A stretch of 64,000 nt of DNA. Origin: Mustelus asterias (Eukaryota). Location of the stretch: contig NW_027590135.1 of NCBI RefSeq assembly GCF_964213995.1, forward strand, positions 1,116,001-1,180,000, written 5' to 3'. This document shows positions 11,401-25,236 of this stretch, one piece after another. Position 1 is the first letter of the stretch. The number at the start of each line of letters is the position of its first letter. Below the pieces are notes generated by a model. That model saw only the letters and a list, made by a program, of their open reading frames with translations. It was not told where the DNA came from and did no database searches. The translations under genes and the position numbers were made by a program.

Positions 11401-12335
11401 ACAAAGAACAATACAGCACAGGAACAGGCCCTTCGGCCCTCCAAGCCCGCGCCGCTCCCTGGTCCAAACTAGACCATTCTTTTGTATCCCTCCATTCCCA
11501 CTCCGTTCATATGGCTGTCTAGATAAGTCTTAAATGTTCCCAGTGTGTCCGCCTCCACCACCTTGCCTGGCAGCGCATTCCAGGCCCCCACCACCCTCTG
11601 TGTAAAATATGTCCTTCTGATATCTGTGTTAAACCTCCCCCCCCTCACCTTGAACCTATGACCCCTCGTGAACGTCACCACCGACCTGGGGAAAAGCTTC
11701 CCACCGTTCACCCTATCTATGCCTTTCATAATTTTATACACCTCTATTAAGTCTCCCCTCATCCTCCATCTTTCCAGGGAGAACAACCCCAGTTTCCCCA
11801 ATCTCTCCTCATAACTAAGCCCCTCCATACCAGGCAACATCCTGGTAAACCTCCTCTGTACTCTCTCCAAAGCCTCCACATCCTTCTGGTAGTGTGGCGA
11901 CTAGAACTGGACGCAGTATTCCAAATGCGGCTGAACTAACGTTCTATACATCTGCAACATCAGACCCCAACTTTTATACTCTATGCCCCGTCCTATAAAG
12001 GTAAGCATGCCATATGCCTTCTTCACCACCTTCTCCACCTGTGACGTCACCTTCAAGGATCTGTGGACTTGCACACCCAGGTCCCTCTGCGTACCTACAC
12101 CCTTTCTGGTTCTGTCTTTTATCGTATAGCTCCTCCCTACATTATTTCCACCAAAATGCATCACTTCACATTTATCAGGATTGAACTCCATCTGCCATTT
12201 CTTTGCCCAAATTTCCAGCCTATCTATATCCTTCTGTAGCTTCTGACAATGCTCCTCACTATCTGCAAGTCCTGCCAATTTTGTGTCATCCGCAAACTTA
12301 CTGATCACCCCAGTTACACCTTCTTCCAGATCTTC
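11401..12335 (-). mobile_element. 5'-truncated CR1 LINE, same subfamily as 8858-9746
   Basis: ORFs 11469-11879 and 11901-12308 (KFADDTK...WQMEFNPDKC...FTQRVVGAWNALP) broken by one stop. Confidence 0.95.
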
Positions 12336-13234
12336 TTACTGTTATACCTTCTTCCAGAGACTTCTTACTGTGCTTACCCCAGTCCAACGCCGGCATCTCC
12401 ACATCATGACTACATTCTGATGACAGATGTACAGATTGTGGAACATTTCCATTCAGTCCACAAGTATCACACTATTTGCGATAATTCCTATCATTTTAAT
12501 TCTGTGCTTTGCTCACACTGATCATTCTGTCCTTGGTCTTCTCTAGTGCTCCAATGGAACTCATGCACCCCTCTTGACGACACAGTGCTCACTATCTTTA
12601 CTTGTACTCTTACTATTTCCTTTAGACTGTTTGCCATTTTATGCGCGTGTGTTGCACACAATCACAAACCTCCCTTTTGTTTTTTTTTGCCATCTGCCGT
12701 TCTCCGTAGCATTTTCTTAAAATCTTTGATCACATTTGTAACTTTCACCAGTGCTGATGAAAGGATGTTGATCTGAAAGTTTAAACCTGGTCACTATTTA
12801 CCCCCGCAGGTGCATACTTTTTGTGTACATCCAGATTTTCAAAATTAAGTTTGTACTTCCAGCATTCATAGTTTTTGACGTCGGCAGGCACGTTAACAGG
12901 AGTTTTCATGGAGGTGTTCAAAATCATGGACAGCTTTAATAGAGTAAATTGGCATAAATTGTTCCTGTTACATGAGGACACTGATTCATTATGATTTGTT
13001 AAAAAAGTAAAGATATTGTGAGCAAACACATGTTTACTTACACAGGTAGCTAGTTTCTGTGAATCCTGAATACGCTGTCTAAAAAACTGGGGAATCTGAT
13101 GCAAAATTTTTTCAAAGAGCAGTTGGAGAAAAACCGTTTTAAAGGGCGAATTTTAGAGCATAAAGAGGAAATGGGGCGGATTCGCTACGAAATCTCTGGC
13201 AGAATTCCGATGGGTTTAAATATAACCCCATATG

Positions 13235-13478
13235 CTGTGTGGAGTTTGCACATTCTCCTCGCGGGTTTCCTCCGGGTGCTCCGGTTTCCTCCCACAGATG
13301 TGCGGGTTAGGCTGATTGGTCAGGTTAAAAATTGCCCCTTAGAGTCCTAAAATGCGTAGGTTAGAGGGATTAGCGGGTAAATATGTGGGGGTAGGGCCTG
13401 GGTGGGATTGTGGTTGGTGCAGACTCGATGGGCCGAATGGCTTCCCTCTGCACTGTAGGGTTTCTATGATTTCTGTGA
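13235..13478 (+). mobile_element. HE1-like SINE, 5'-truncated, inside a decayed CR1 3' tail (~12900-13500)
   Basis: Body and tail match 251-580; flanked by repeated ATATGCTGT (candidate TSD). Confidence 0.88.
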
Positions 13479-13519
13479 TATGCTGTATTATTCCATGAAA
13501 TGGTGGGCAGTGTAACCCA

Positions 13520-13800
13520 CAATGCGCCGCGGGCGTGAATACGGTCTATCTCATTCAGAATGATCCGCACTGCGCAGGCGTTGGGAGGCTCCGCCCCGGA
13601 GGCCGCCTGTCTGCGCGGAGCAGCTCCCGGAAGCTGAGCGGAACTGTGCACGCGCAACAGCGGCGAGTCTCAGCGGCTCTCAGAGCCCGAATCAAAGCCG
13701 CCGGGCTCGGCGGACGTGCGGCGAGGGAGCCGGGGGCGCGGCACCATGAAGCGGATGGTGCAGCGAGGCCATCCTCACCGCCCCATATGGAACAGTGTGA
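13520..13800 (+). promoter_or_regulatory. CpG-island-like promoter with a possible first exon
   Basis: CpG-rich; NRF1-like TGCGCAGGCG, GC box CTCCGCCCC, ETS CCGGAAG, Kozak-like GGCACCATG at 13746. Confidence 0.55.
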
Positions 13801-14060
13801 GTGAGAGGAAACAGAGAGCAGTGGTTAATGGTTGTTTCTCAGACTGGAGGAAGGTTTCCAGTGGAGTTCCCCAGGGCTCGGTGTTAGGAGCCCTGCTCTT
13901 CCTGATATATATTAATGACACACACCTTGGTGTACAGGACACAAGCTCAACATTTCCACACGCCACCAAACTTGGAGGCATTGGCAGCTGTGAGGAGGAA
14001 AGTGGGAAACTTCAAAAGGACACAGGCAGCTTGGTGGAATGGGAGACAAGTGGCAGTGAG
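13800..14060 (+). mobile_element. CR1 RT fragment
   Basis: [38 protein letters not shown] in ORF 13716-14408. Confidence 0.85.
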
Positions 14061-15059
14061 GAAAGTTCCTGCACCGATTGCCCCGCGGCTGCCCCTGGGG
14101 AGCGTGCCCACTCTCAGTGCCTGGGCAAGTCAGTGTGTTGGATAGAGCGCTTTCTGGGGCGTAGAGAATTGTTTTCATTCATTCATGTAATGTGTGCATC
14201 ACTGGCTTGGCCAGCATTCATTGCACTAATTACCTTTGAACTGAGTGGCTTGTTAGGCCATTTCAGAGGGCATTTAAGAGTCAAACACATTGCTGTGTGG
14301 CTGGAGTCACATGTAGGCCAGAAGAGGTCATGTGGGCAGATTTGCTTGTCGAAAGGGACATCAGCGAATCAATGGGTTTTTACGACATGGCCATCATTAG
14401 ACCTTTAATTCCAGTTGTTTATTGAGCTCAAATGTCACTCTCTGTTGTGGTGATATTCAGGTCCCATTGCATTACTCTGGATCACTGGTCCAGTACAATA
14501 CCACTACACCATTAATTCCTCGTGGGAATTAATGGCTGCTGCCATTCACAGATATCAGGAAGTGTTTTAATGCAAGCCAATTGTCAGAGAGCTGAAACAT
14601 GAACTCTGTTTCTCTCTGACCTGCCTGACCTGTTGAGTCATTCCAGAATTTTCACTTTGTTTCAGATGTTCAGTGTCCACATGATTTTACCGGTGAAATA
14701 TTGCAGCTGTTCAGAAAACTGAGGCCTGAAATAGACAAATGAAGACCCCTTTGGAATGAGGGTGGATGTTCTGTGAAGGTACGTTCTTGTTGCCTGGCTT
14801 TGAACTGGAGTGTTGATGGAGGAAAAGCTGATGGGTTTAACCCTGAGTACATTTGAGACCAGTCGAGCCCAAACATTTCTCATCAAAGTTTCCTGTACAG
14901 GAACAGAGACTGGCAGAGACATTGCACTCTCATATAGAATAAATAATCAACAGCAAATCAGTTCTGCACTCATATGCAGTATCAAACTTGAGTTAACTTC
15001 ACACTGAAATACTGGAACAGAGCCTAACAGACAGTGAGTTAGTCCCACATTGACATCAA

Positions 15060-15980
15060 ATCAGAACATATGAAGCAGGAGCAGCAGAAGGCAATTTATT
15101 CTTTAGGGTTCCCCCACCATTCAGTAAGATCATGGTTAATGTGATTATGGCCTCAACTCCATTTTATTGCCTGCCCCATAACCCTTGTCTCTCCTGTAGA
15201 TCAAAACTCTTTCTAACTTAGGATGGAATCTATTAAATTCCACAAATTAAGGACATTTTGAGAGGATAAATTTCTTCTCATCTCCATCTAAAGTGGGGCA
15301 TACTTTATTTTTCAACTGTGTCCACTAGTTTTAATTTTGCCCACAAATGAAAACATTCCTCTCAATATCTACCCTGTCCAATTCCCTCAGATCCTTCAAT
15401 GTTTCAATCTGATCATCTCTCATTCTTCTCAACTTCTATGAGATCGGCTCAACTTGATTGAACTTTCCTCATAAGATAACTCCTTCATCTCAGCAATCAG
15501 CCGAGTGAATCTTCACTGCCTCCAATACAAGTATTTCCCTCTTTAAATCAGAGAAAACCTTTAAACTCAGCAATATCATGTATTTGGAGCAACATTTCCC
15601 TACTTTGATACGCCACATATGTACTCATAATTAGAGTTATTTCCTCCTTTTCTGGATCAATCTGCTGTATCTCCCCCTCTATTTAAATAATGTTCTGCCT
15701 TCCCATCCTTCCCACTGAAGTGGAAAGCCTCACATTTTCCTACATTGTATCCTACCTGACAAATTTGTGTCCATTCACTTAACCTCACTCTATCTCCTTA
15801 CAGACTCTCTGTGTCCTCCTCACAACCTACTTCCCCACCTATTTATGTATTGTCTGAAAATTTGGTGATGGTCTGTCCCTTCATCTGGGCCATTAATATA
15901 GATTGTAAATAGCTGAGAACCCAGCACTGATCCATGTGGCTCTCTGCAAGCAGCAGTTTGCTAAGCTGACAGTGACCCAC
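15060..15980 (-). mobile_element. Old degenerate CR1 LINE 3' part
   Basis: Begins with CR1-type tail AGAACATATGAAGCAGGAGCAG; minus-strand remnants of PQGSVLG and KF.D.TK motifs. Confidence 0.7.
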
Positions 15981-17078
15981 TTCCATGCAGTAACAGAGAC
16001 TGACAGACAGTGAGATAATTTCACACATTATTATTGATAGATAGGGAGTGAATTACACATTCAGATGCAGTAACAGAGATTGACACAATGGTAATTCCAA
16101 ACATAAATACAGTGATGGTGATTAAAGGATAGAGAATCAATTCCACACTAACATACAGTAACACAGACAGAGTTAATTACACATTCAATTCTACTGAGCA
16201 AGAGTTAATGCTACATTCATACACAATAACCAAGACTGACAGTTAATTCCACTCTCACATGCTATAACAGCGATGAACAGAGAGTTAATGTCCCACTCAC
16301 ATTCAGTAATAGTGAATAACAAATACAGATTTAATTCCATCCTCGCATTCACTAATATAGATGAACTGATGTAATTCCATACTGAAACACATGAACAGAG
16401 AATGGCTGACAGCGTTAATTCCACACTCTCTCACAGTAATAGATTGAGAAAATGTTAATTCCACACTCATGCGCAGTAATAGATTGAGAGAGAGTTAATT
16501 CCACATTCAGACACACTAATCGATTGAGAGAGAGTTAATTCCACACCCCCACACAGCATTAGATTGAGAGAGAGTTATTCCATGTTCCCACACAGTAATA
16601 GATTCAGAAAGAGTTAATTCCACACTGACACTGAAATAGATTGAGAGAGAGCTAATTCCCCACACTCTCACTGTAATAGATTGAGAGAGAGTCAATTCCA
16701 CATTCACACACAGTAATAAATTGAGAGTTAATTCCATGCTCTCACACAGCAACAGATTGAGAGAGAGTGAATTCCACACTGACACAGGAATAGATTGAGA
16801 GTGAGTTAGTTCAATGTTCACATACAGTAATAGATTGAGAGAGAGTTAATTCCACACTTTCACACAGTAATAAATTGAGAGAGTTAATTCCACACTCGAA
16901 CACAAAAATAGATTGAGAGAGTTAATTGCACACGGACACAGTAATAGATAGACAGAGAGAGTTAATTCCACGCTGACACTGTAATAGATTGAGGGAGACT
17001 TAATTCCACACACATAGTAATAGATTGAGAGTTAATTCCACACTGGTACGCAGTAATAGATCGGAGAGAGAGTTAATA

Positions 17079-19164
17079 TAGGGCTAAACGGGGTCACAAA
17101 AAATCATTGCCCAGCAGGATTAAGGAAAATACCAAGGCTTTTTATACATTTATAAAGAGCAAGAAGGTAGCCAGGGAGAGGGTTGGCCCACTCAAGGACA
17201 AAGGAGGAAATCTATGCGTGGAGCCAGAGGAAATGGGTGAGGTATTCAATGAGTTCATTGTGTCAGTATTCACCAAAGAGAAGGACTTGGTGGATAATGA
17301 ATCTGGGAAAGGGTGTGTCGATAGTTTGAGTCATGTTGAGATCAAGTGTTGGGGTTCTTGAGGAATATTAAGGTAGACAAGTCCCCAGGGCCTGATGGGA
17401 TATACCCCAAAATACTGGGAGAGGCAAGGGAGGAAATTGCTGGGACCTTGAGAGAAATGTTTGTATCCTCACTGGCTGCAGGATTTACTGCCACTTGGAA
17501 ATTAGTGGATGTATTTGCGAGAGGCAATATGGTTTTGTGAAGGGCTGGTCATGTCTCACTAACTTGATCGAGTTTTTCGAGGAAGTGATGAAGATGATTG
17601 ATGAGGGTAGGGTAGTGGATGTTGTCTACATGGACTTCAGTAAGGCCTTTGACAAGGTCCCTCATGGCAGAATGGTGCAGAAGGTGAAGTCGCATGGGAT
17701 CAGAGGTGAGCTGGCAAGGTGGATACAGATCTGGCTTGGTCTTAGAAGACAGAGGGTAGCAGTGGAAGGGTGCGATTCTGAATGGAGGACTGTGACATTT
17801 GGCGTTCCTCAGGGATCAGTGCTGGGACCTTTGCTGTTCGTAATATATATAACTGATTTGGAGGAAAATGCAACTGGTTTGATTAGTTAGTTTGCGAACA
17901 ACACAAAGGTTGGTGGATTTGCGGATAGCGATGAGGACCATCAGAGGATACAGCAGGATATAGATAGGTTGGGGGCTTGGACGGAGAGATGGCAGATGGA
18001 GTTTAATCCGGACAACTGTGAGGTAATGCATTTTGGATGGTCTAATACAGATAGGAAATATACAGTCAATGGCAGAACTCTTAGGAGCAACATGGTTTTG
18101 TAAAAGGGAGACCGTGTCTCACGAACTTCATCGAGTTCCTGAATGGAGAGCTGTGACAAGTGGGCGATCCCCGGGGATCAGTGCTGGGACCTATGCTGCT
18201 GCAATATTATATAAATGAGTTGGAGGAAAATGTAACTGGTATGATTAGTAAGTTTGTGGACGACAGAGGTTGGTGGATTTGTGGATATTGATGAGGACCA
18301 TCAGAGGATACAGCAGGACATAGATCAGTTGGAGACTTGGACAGAGAGATGGCAGATGGAGTTTCATCCGGACAAATGTGAGGTGATGCATTTTGGAATG
18401 TCTAATACAGATAGGAAATACACAGTAAATGGTAGATCCCTTAAGAGTATTGATAGGCAAAGGGATCTGGGTGTACAGGTACATAGATCACTGAAAGTGG
18501 CAATGCAGGTGGAGAAGGTAGTCAAGAAGGCATACGGCATGCTTGCCTTCATCGGCGGGGGATTGAGTTTAAAAATTGGCAAGTCATGTTGCAGCTTTAT
18601 AGAATCTTAGTTAGGCTGCACTTGGAATATAGTGTTCAATTCTGGTCGCCACACTCCCAGAAGGATGTGGAGACTTTGGAGAGGGTACAGCAAAGACTTA
18701 CCAGGATGTTGGCTGGTATGGAGGATATTAGCTGTGAGGAGAGGTTGGAGAAACTTGGTTTGTTCTCTCTGGAACGACAGAGGTTGAGCGGCGACCTGAT
18801 GGAAGGCTACAAGATTATGAGGGGCATGGTCAGAGTGGATAGTCAGAAGCTCTTTCCAATGGTGGAAGAGTCAATTACTGGGGGGCATCGGTTTAAGGTG
18901 CGAGGGGCAAGGTTTAAAGGAGATGTATGAGGCAAGTTTTTTACACAGAGGGTGGTGGGTGCCTGGAACTCACTGCCGGGGAAGGTGGTTGAAGCAGATA
19001 CAATAGTGAGTTTTAAGGGGCGTCTGGACAAATACATGAATAGGATGGGAATAGCGGGATATGGTCCCTGGAAGGGTCGGGGGTTTTATTTCAGTTGGGC
19101 AGCAAGGTCGGTGCAGGGCCGAAGGGCATGTTCCTGTGCTGTAATTTTCCTTGTTCTTTGTTCT
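17079..19164 (+). mobile_element. CR1 LINE, composite with internally repeated RT segment
   Basis: [53 protein letters not shown]; RT segment recurs from ~18088; tail (TTCTTTG)n. Confidence 0.93.
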
Positions 19165-19724
19165 TAATTCCACACAGACACACAGCAATAGATTGAGAGA
19201 GAGCTAATTCCACACTGACACATAGCAATAGATTGAGAGAGAGTTAATTCCACACTGACACACAGCAATAGATTGAGAGAGAGTTAATTCCACACTGACA
19301 CACAGCAATAGATTGAGAGAGAGTTAATTCCACACTGACACACAGCAATAGATTGAGAGAGAGTTAATTCCACACTGACACAGCAATAGATTGAGAGAGA
19401 GTTAATTCCACACTGACACAGCAATAGATTGAGAGAGAGTTAATTCCACACTGACACACAGCAATAGATTGAGAGAGAGTTAATTCCACATTCATGCACA
19501 GTAATAGATTGGGAGTTAATTCCAAGCTCTCTCTCAGTAATAGATTGAGAGAGAATTAATTCCACACTGACACACAGCAATAGATTGTGAGTTAATTCCA
19601 CGCTCACACACAGTAATAGATGGAGAGGGAATTAATTCTGCACTGACACACTAATAGATTGAGAGAGAGTTAATTCCACACTGACACACAGTAATAGAGT
19701 GAGAGACCATTAATCCGTTATAAT

Positions 19725-21559
19725 ATATAAAATGAAAAAGAGTGGCAAAAGTAAACATTGGTTCTTTAGAGGATGAGAAGGGGGATGTAATAACTGGAAA
19801 TGAGAAAATGGCTGAGGCATTGAACAGGTATTTTGTGTCGGTCTTCACAGTCGAAGACACAAATAACATGCCAAAAATTAATGACAGGAAGGCTATGGCA
19901 GGTGAGAACCTAGAAACTATCATTATCACAAAAGAGGTAGTGTTGGGCAAGTTAATGGGGCTAAATGTAGACAAGTCTTCTGGTCCTGATGGAATGCATC
20001 CCAGGGTACTAAAAGAGATGGTGGGAGGAATAGCAAATGCACTAGTGGTAATTTATCAAAATTCGCTGGACTCTGGGGTGGTTCTTGCGGATTGGAAAAC
20101 AGCAAATGTGACGCCACTGTTTAAAAAAGGAGGTAGACAAAAGGCAGGTAACTATAGGCTGGTTAGCTTAACTTCTGTAGTAGGGAAAATGCTTAAATCT
20201 ATCACCAAGGAAGAAATAGTGAGACATCTGGATATAAATTGTCCCAGCATGGGACAAATTGACGCAGCATGGGTTCATAAAGGACAGGTCATGTTTGACT
20301 AATTTTTGGAATTCTTTGAGAACATTACATGTGCAGTGGACAATGGGGAACCTGTAGATGTGGTGTATCTGGATTTCCAGAAGGTATTTGACAAGGAGCC
20401 ACACCAAAGACTGCTACATCAGATAAAGTTGCACAGTGTTATGGGTAATGTATTAGCATGGATAGAAGGCTGGTTAACTAACAAAAAGCAAAGAGTGGGG
20501 TAAGTGGGTATTTTTCTGGTTGGCGATCATTGACTAGTTGTGTGCCTCAGGGATCAGTGTAGGGACCGCAATTGTTTACGAATTACATAGATGATTTGGA
20601 GTTGGAGACCAAATGTAGTGTGTCAAAATTTGCAGATGACACTCAGATGGGTGGAAGAGCAAAGTGTGCAGAGGACGCTGAAAGTCTGCAAAGGGATATA
20701 GATAATCTCAGTGAGTGGGCGGGGGTCTGGCAGATGGAGTACAATGTTGGTAAATGTGACGTCATCGATTTTGGTAGGAATAACAGCAAAATGGACTCTG
20801 ATTTAAATGATTAAAAATTGCAACATGCTGCTGTGCGGAGGGACCTGGGTGTCCTTGTGCAGGAATCTCAAGGAGTTGGTTTGCAGGTGCAGCAGTTAAT
20901 TAAGAAGGCAAATGGAATTTTGTCCTTCATTGCGAGAGGGATGGAGTTCAAAAACAGCGAGGTTATGTTGCAGCTGTATAAGGTGCTGGTGAGGCCACAC
21001 CTGGAGTACTGTGTACAGTTTTGGTCTCCTTACTTGAGAAAGGATATACTGGCACTGGAGGGGATGCAGAGAAAATTCAATAGGTTGATTCCAGAGTTGA
21101 GAGGGTTGGCTTATGAGGAGAGACTGAGTAGACTGGGGCTATACTCATTGTAATTCAGAAGAATGAGGGGAGATCTTATAGAAACATATAAGATTATGAA
21201 GGGAATAGACAAGATAGAAGCAGGTAAGTTGTTTCCACTGGCGGGTGAAACTAGAACTAGGGGGCATAGCCTCAAAATAAGGGGGAAGCAGATTTAGGAC
21301 TGAGTTGAGGAGGAACTTCTTCACACAAAGGGTTGTGAATCTGTGGAATTCCCTGCCCAGTGAAGCAGTTGAGGCTACCTCATTGAATGTTTTTAAGGCA
21401 AGGATAGATACATTTTTGAACAGTAAAGGAATTAAGGGTTATGGGGAACGGGCGGGTTAGTGGAGCTGAGTCCACAAAAAGATCAGCCATGATCTTATGG
21501 ACTGGCGGAGCAGCCTCGAGGGGCCAGATGGCTGACTCCTACTCCTAGTTCTTATGTTC
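19725..21559 (+). mobile_element. CR1 LINE, different subfamily, 5'-truncated
   Basis: ORFs 19742-20302, 20306-20503, 20572-20814 and 20818-21153 are consecutive RT pieces; tail TTCTTATGTTCT. Confidence 0.95.
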
Positions 21560-21891
21560 TTCATCCCACACTCATACACAATAAATGATTGTGAGAGAGT
21601 AAATTTCACACACACACACAGTAATAGATTGAGAGAGAATTTATTCCAGACTGCCACACAGCAATAGATTGAGAGAGAGTTAATTCCATACACACACACA
21701 GTAATAGTTTGAGAGAGTGTTAATTCCATACACACACACAGTAATAGATTGAGAGAGAGTTAATTCCACACTCATACAGTAATAGATTGAGAGTTAATTC
21801 CACACTGACACACAGTAATATGTTGAGACAGAGAGGTAAATTCATACTGACATACAGTAATAGATTGTGAGAGAGTTAATTCCACACTCAT

Positions 21892-22886
21892 ACAAAGAAA
21901 ATTACAGCACAGGAACAGGCCCTTCGGCCCTCCAAGCCTCCACCGAACATGCTGTCTGACTCAACTAAAGCCCCCTACGCTTCCGGGGACCATATCCCTC
22001 TATTCCCATCTCATTCATGTACTTGTAAAGACGCCCCTTAAAAATCACTACTGTATCCGCTTCCACTATCTCCCCCGGCAACGAGTTCCAGGCACCCACC
22101 ACTCTCTGTGTAAAAGATCTGCCTCGTACATCTCTTTTAAAACTTGCCCGTCGCACCTTAAACCTATGCCCCCTATTAATTGACTCTTCCACCCTGGGAA
22201 AAAGCTTCTGACTATCCACTCTGTCCATGCCTCTCATAATCTTGTAGACTTCTATCAGGTCTCCCCTCAACCTCCGTCACTCCAGTGAGAACAAACCAAG
22301 TTTCTCCAACCTCTCCTCATAGCTAATGCCCTCCATACCAGGCAACATCCTGGTAAATGTTTTCTGTACCCTCTCCAAAGCCTCCACATCCTTCTGGTAG
22401 TGTTGCGAACAGAATTGAACACTATATTCCAAGTGCAGCCTCAGTAAGGTTCTATAAAGCGTCAACATGACTTGCCAATTTTTAAACTCAATACCCCGGC
22501 CGATGAAGGCAAGCATGCCGTATGCCTTCTTGACTACCTTCTCCACCTGCATTGCCACTTTCAGTGACCCGTGTACCTGTACACCCGGATCCCTTTGCCT
22601 ATCAATACTCTTAAGGGTTCTGCCATTTACTGTATATTTCCTAGCTGTATTAGACCTTCCAAAATGCATTTGTCCGGATTGAACTCCATCTGCCATCTCT
22701 CTGCCCAAGTCTCCAACTGATCTATATCCTGCTGTATGCTCTGATGGTCCTCATCGCTATCCGCAAATCCACCAACTTTTGTGTCGTCCGCAAACTTACA
22801 AATCAATCCAGTTGCATTTTACTCCAAATCATTTATATATATTACAAACAGCAAAGGTCCCAGCACTGATCCCTGAGGAACACCAC
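21892..22886 (-). mobile_element. CR1 LINE 3' part
   Basis: ORFs 21965-22270 and 22277-22708; near-identical subfamily to 18230-19164, opposite strand. Confidence 0.93.
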
Positions 22887-24861
22887 CACCCCAAGCAATA
22901 GATTGAGAGACTGTTAATCCCACAGTCACACACAATGAATGATTGAGAGAGAGTGAATTCCACACCGACACACAGTAATAGATTGAGAGGGAATTAATTC
23001 CACACTCTCACAAACTAATAGATTGAGAGAGTTAATTCAACACACACACACTGTAATAGATTGAGACAGAGAGCTAATTCCACCGTGACATACAGTAATA
23101 GATTAAGAGGGAGATAATTCCACACTCTCTCTGTTTTGGATTGCGAGAGAGATAATTCCACACTGAGACACGGTAATAGATTGAGAGAGTTAATTCCACA
23201 TTCACACACACTAATAGATTAACAGTTAATTTCACATTCATACAAGTAATAGATTGAGAGACTTTTAATTCCACACTCGCACACAATAAAAGATTGAGAG
23301 AGAGTGAATTCCACAGACACACAGTAATAGATTGAGAGAGTTAATTTCACACTCACACACACTAATAGATTGAGAGAGAGTTAGTTCCAAACTCTCTCAC
23401 AGTAATAGATTGTGAGCAACTTAATTCCACACTCTCACACAGTCATAATTGAGAGGGAGTTAATTCCACACTGACATACAGTAATAGAGAGAATGATAAA
23501 TCGACACTCTCACACAAGAAAAGATTGAGAGAGATTGAATCCACACAGACACACAGTAATAGATTGAGAGAGAGTTAATTCCAAACTGACACAGTCATAG
23601 ATTGAGAGCCGAGTTAATTCCACACTCACACACAGCAATAGATTGAGAGAGAGATAATTCCACACACACACACAGTAATAGATTGAGAGTTAATTCCACA
23701 CTGACATGCAGTAATATGTTGAGACAGAGAGGTAAATCCACATTGACATACAGTAATAGATTGAGAGAGAGATAATTCCACACACACACACAGTAATAGA
23801 TTGAGAGAGAGAGAATTCCACACTCATACAGGTAATAGATTGAGGGACCGTTAATCCCACAGTCACACACATAAATAATTGAGAGGGAGTGAATTCCACT
23901 CCGATACATAGTAATAGATTGAGAGAGAGTTAATTCCAGACTGACACACAGTAATAAATTGAGAGAGTTATTTCCATTCTCTCACACAGTAATAGATTGA
24001 GAGAGAGTTAATTCCGCACTCACGCACAGCTTTAGATTGAGAGAGAGTTATTCTACGTTCCCACACAGTAATAGATTCAGAAAGAGTTAATTCCACACAC
24101 TCTCACTGTAATAGATTGAGAGAGAGTTAATTCCACACTCTCAAACAGGAATAGATTGAGAGTTAATTCCATGCTCTCACACAGCAACAGATTGAGAGAG
24201 AGTCAATTCCACATTCACACACAGGAATAGATTGAGAGTTAATTCCATGCTCTCACACAGTAATAGATTGTGAGAGAGTTAATTCCACACTGACACAGGA
24301 ATAGATTGAGAGAGAGTTAATTCAACACACTTTCACAGTAATAGATTGAAGGTTAATTCCACACTAACACGCAGTAAGAGATTGAGACAGAATTAATTCC
24401 ACAGGAACATACAGTAATAGATTGAGAGAACGTTAATTCCACACTCTCACACAATAAAAGATTGAGAGAGTGAATCCACACAGACACACAGTAATAGATT
24501 GAGAGAGCGTTTATTCCAGCCTGACACACAGTAATAGATTGAGAGAGCGTTTATTCCAGCCTGACACACAGTAATACATTGAGAGAGTTATTTCCACACT
24601 GACACTGTAATAGATTGATAGAGAGTTAATTCCACACTCTCACATACAGTAATAGATTAGAGAGTTAGTTGCACTCTGACACAGTAATAGATTTAGGGAG
24701 TTAATTCCACACTGACACACAGTAGTAGTTTGAGAGAAAGTTAATTCCACACCCTCACGCAGTAATAGGTTGGCAGTAAATTGCACACGCACACATGGTA
24801 ATAGATTGAGAGGGAGATCATTTCACACTGACACGCAGGAATAGATTGAGAGAGAGTTAAT

Positions 24862-24896
<35 letters not shown>

Positions 24897-25202
24897 GGTA
24901 ATAGATGAAAGAGAGAGTTAATTCCACACTGACACAGTAATAGATTGAGACAGAGTTAATTCCACATTCACACACAGTAACAGACTGAGAGAGAGTTAAT
25001 TCAACACTGACACACAATCGTAGATTGAGAGAGTTAGTTGCACTCTCACACAATAATAGATTGACAGACAGATGATTCCACACACACACAGTCATAGATT
25101 GGAAGGGAGTTAATTCCACACTGACACACAGTAATAGATTGAGAGAGTTAATTCCACACTGACATGCAGGAATAGATTGAGAGCGCGCTAATTCCACACA
25201 TA

Positions 25203-25236
<34 letters not shown>

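Larger units (their letters stand above)
11310..12407 (+). mobile_element. Penelope-like terminal fragment (11310-11400 + 12357-12407) split by a CR1
   Basis: Joined halves give ...CTGGTGTTGTGAGA|CTTCTTACTGTGCTTACCCCAGTCCAACGCCGGCATCTCCACATCA, the reverse complement of the Penelope end at 41736. Confidence 0.85.

Noticed and set aside
13716-14408. 230-aa ORF as a real gene
   Set aside because: Runs through CpG island, CR1 fragment and SINE; a chance composite.
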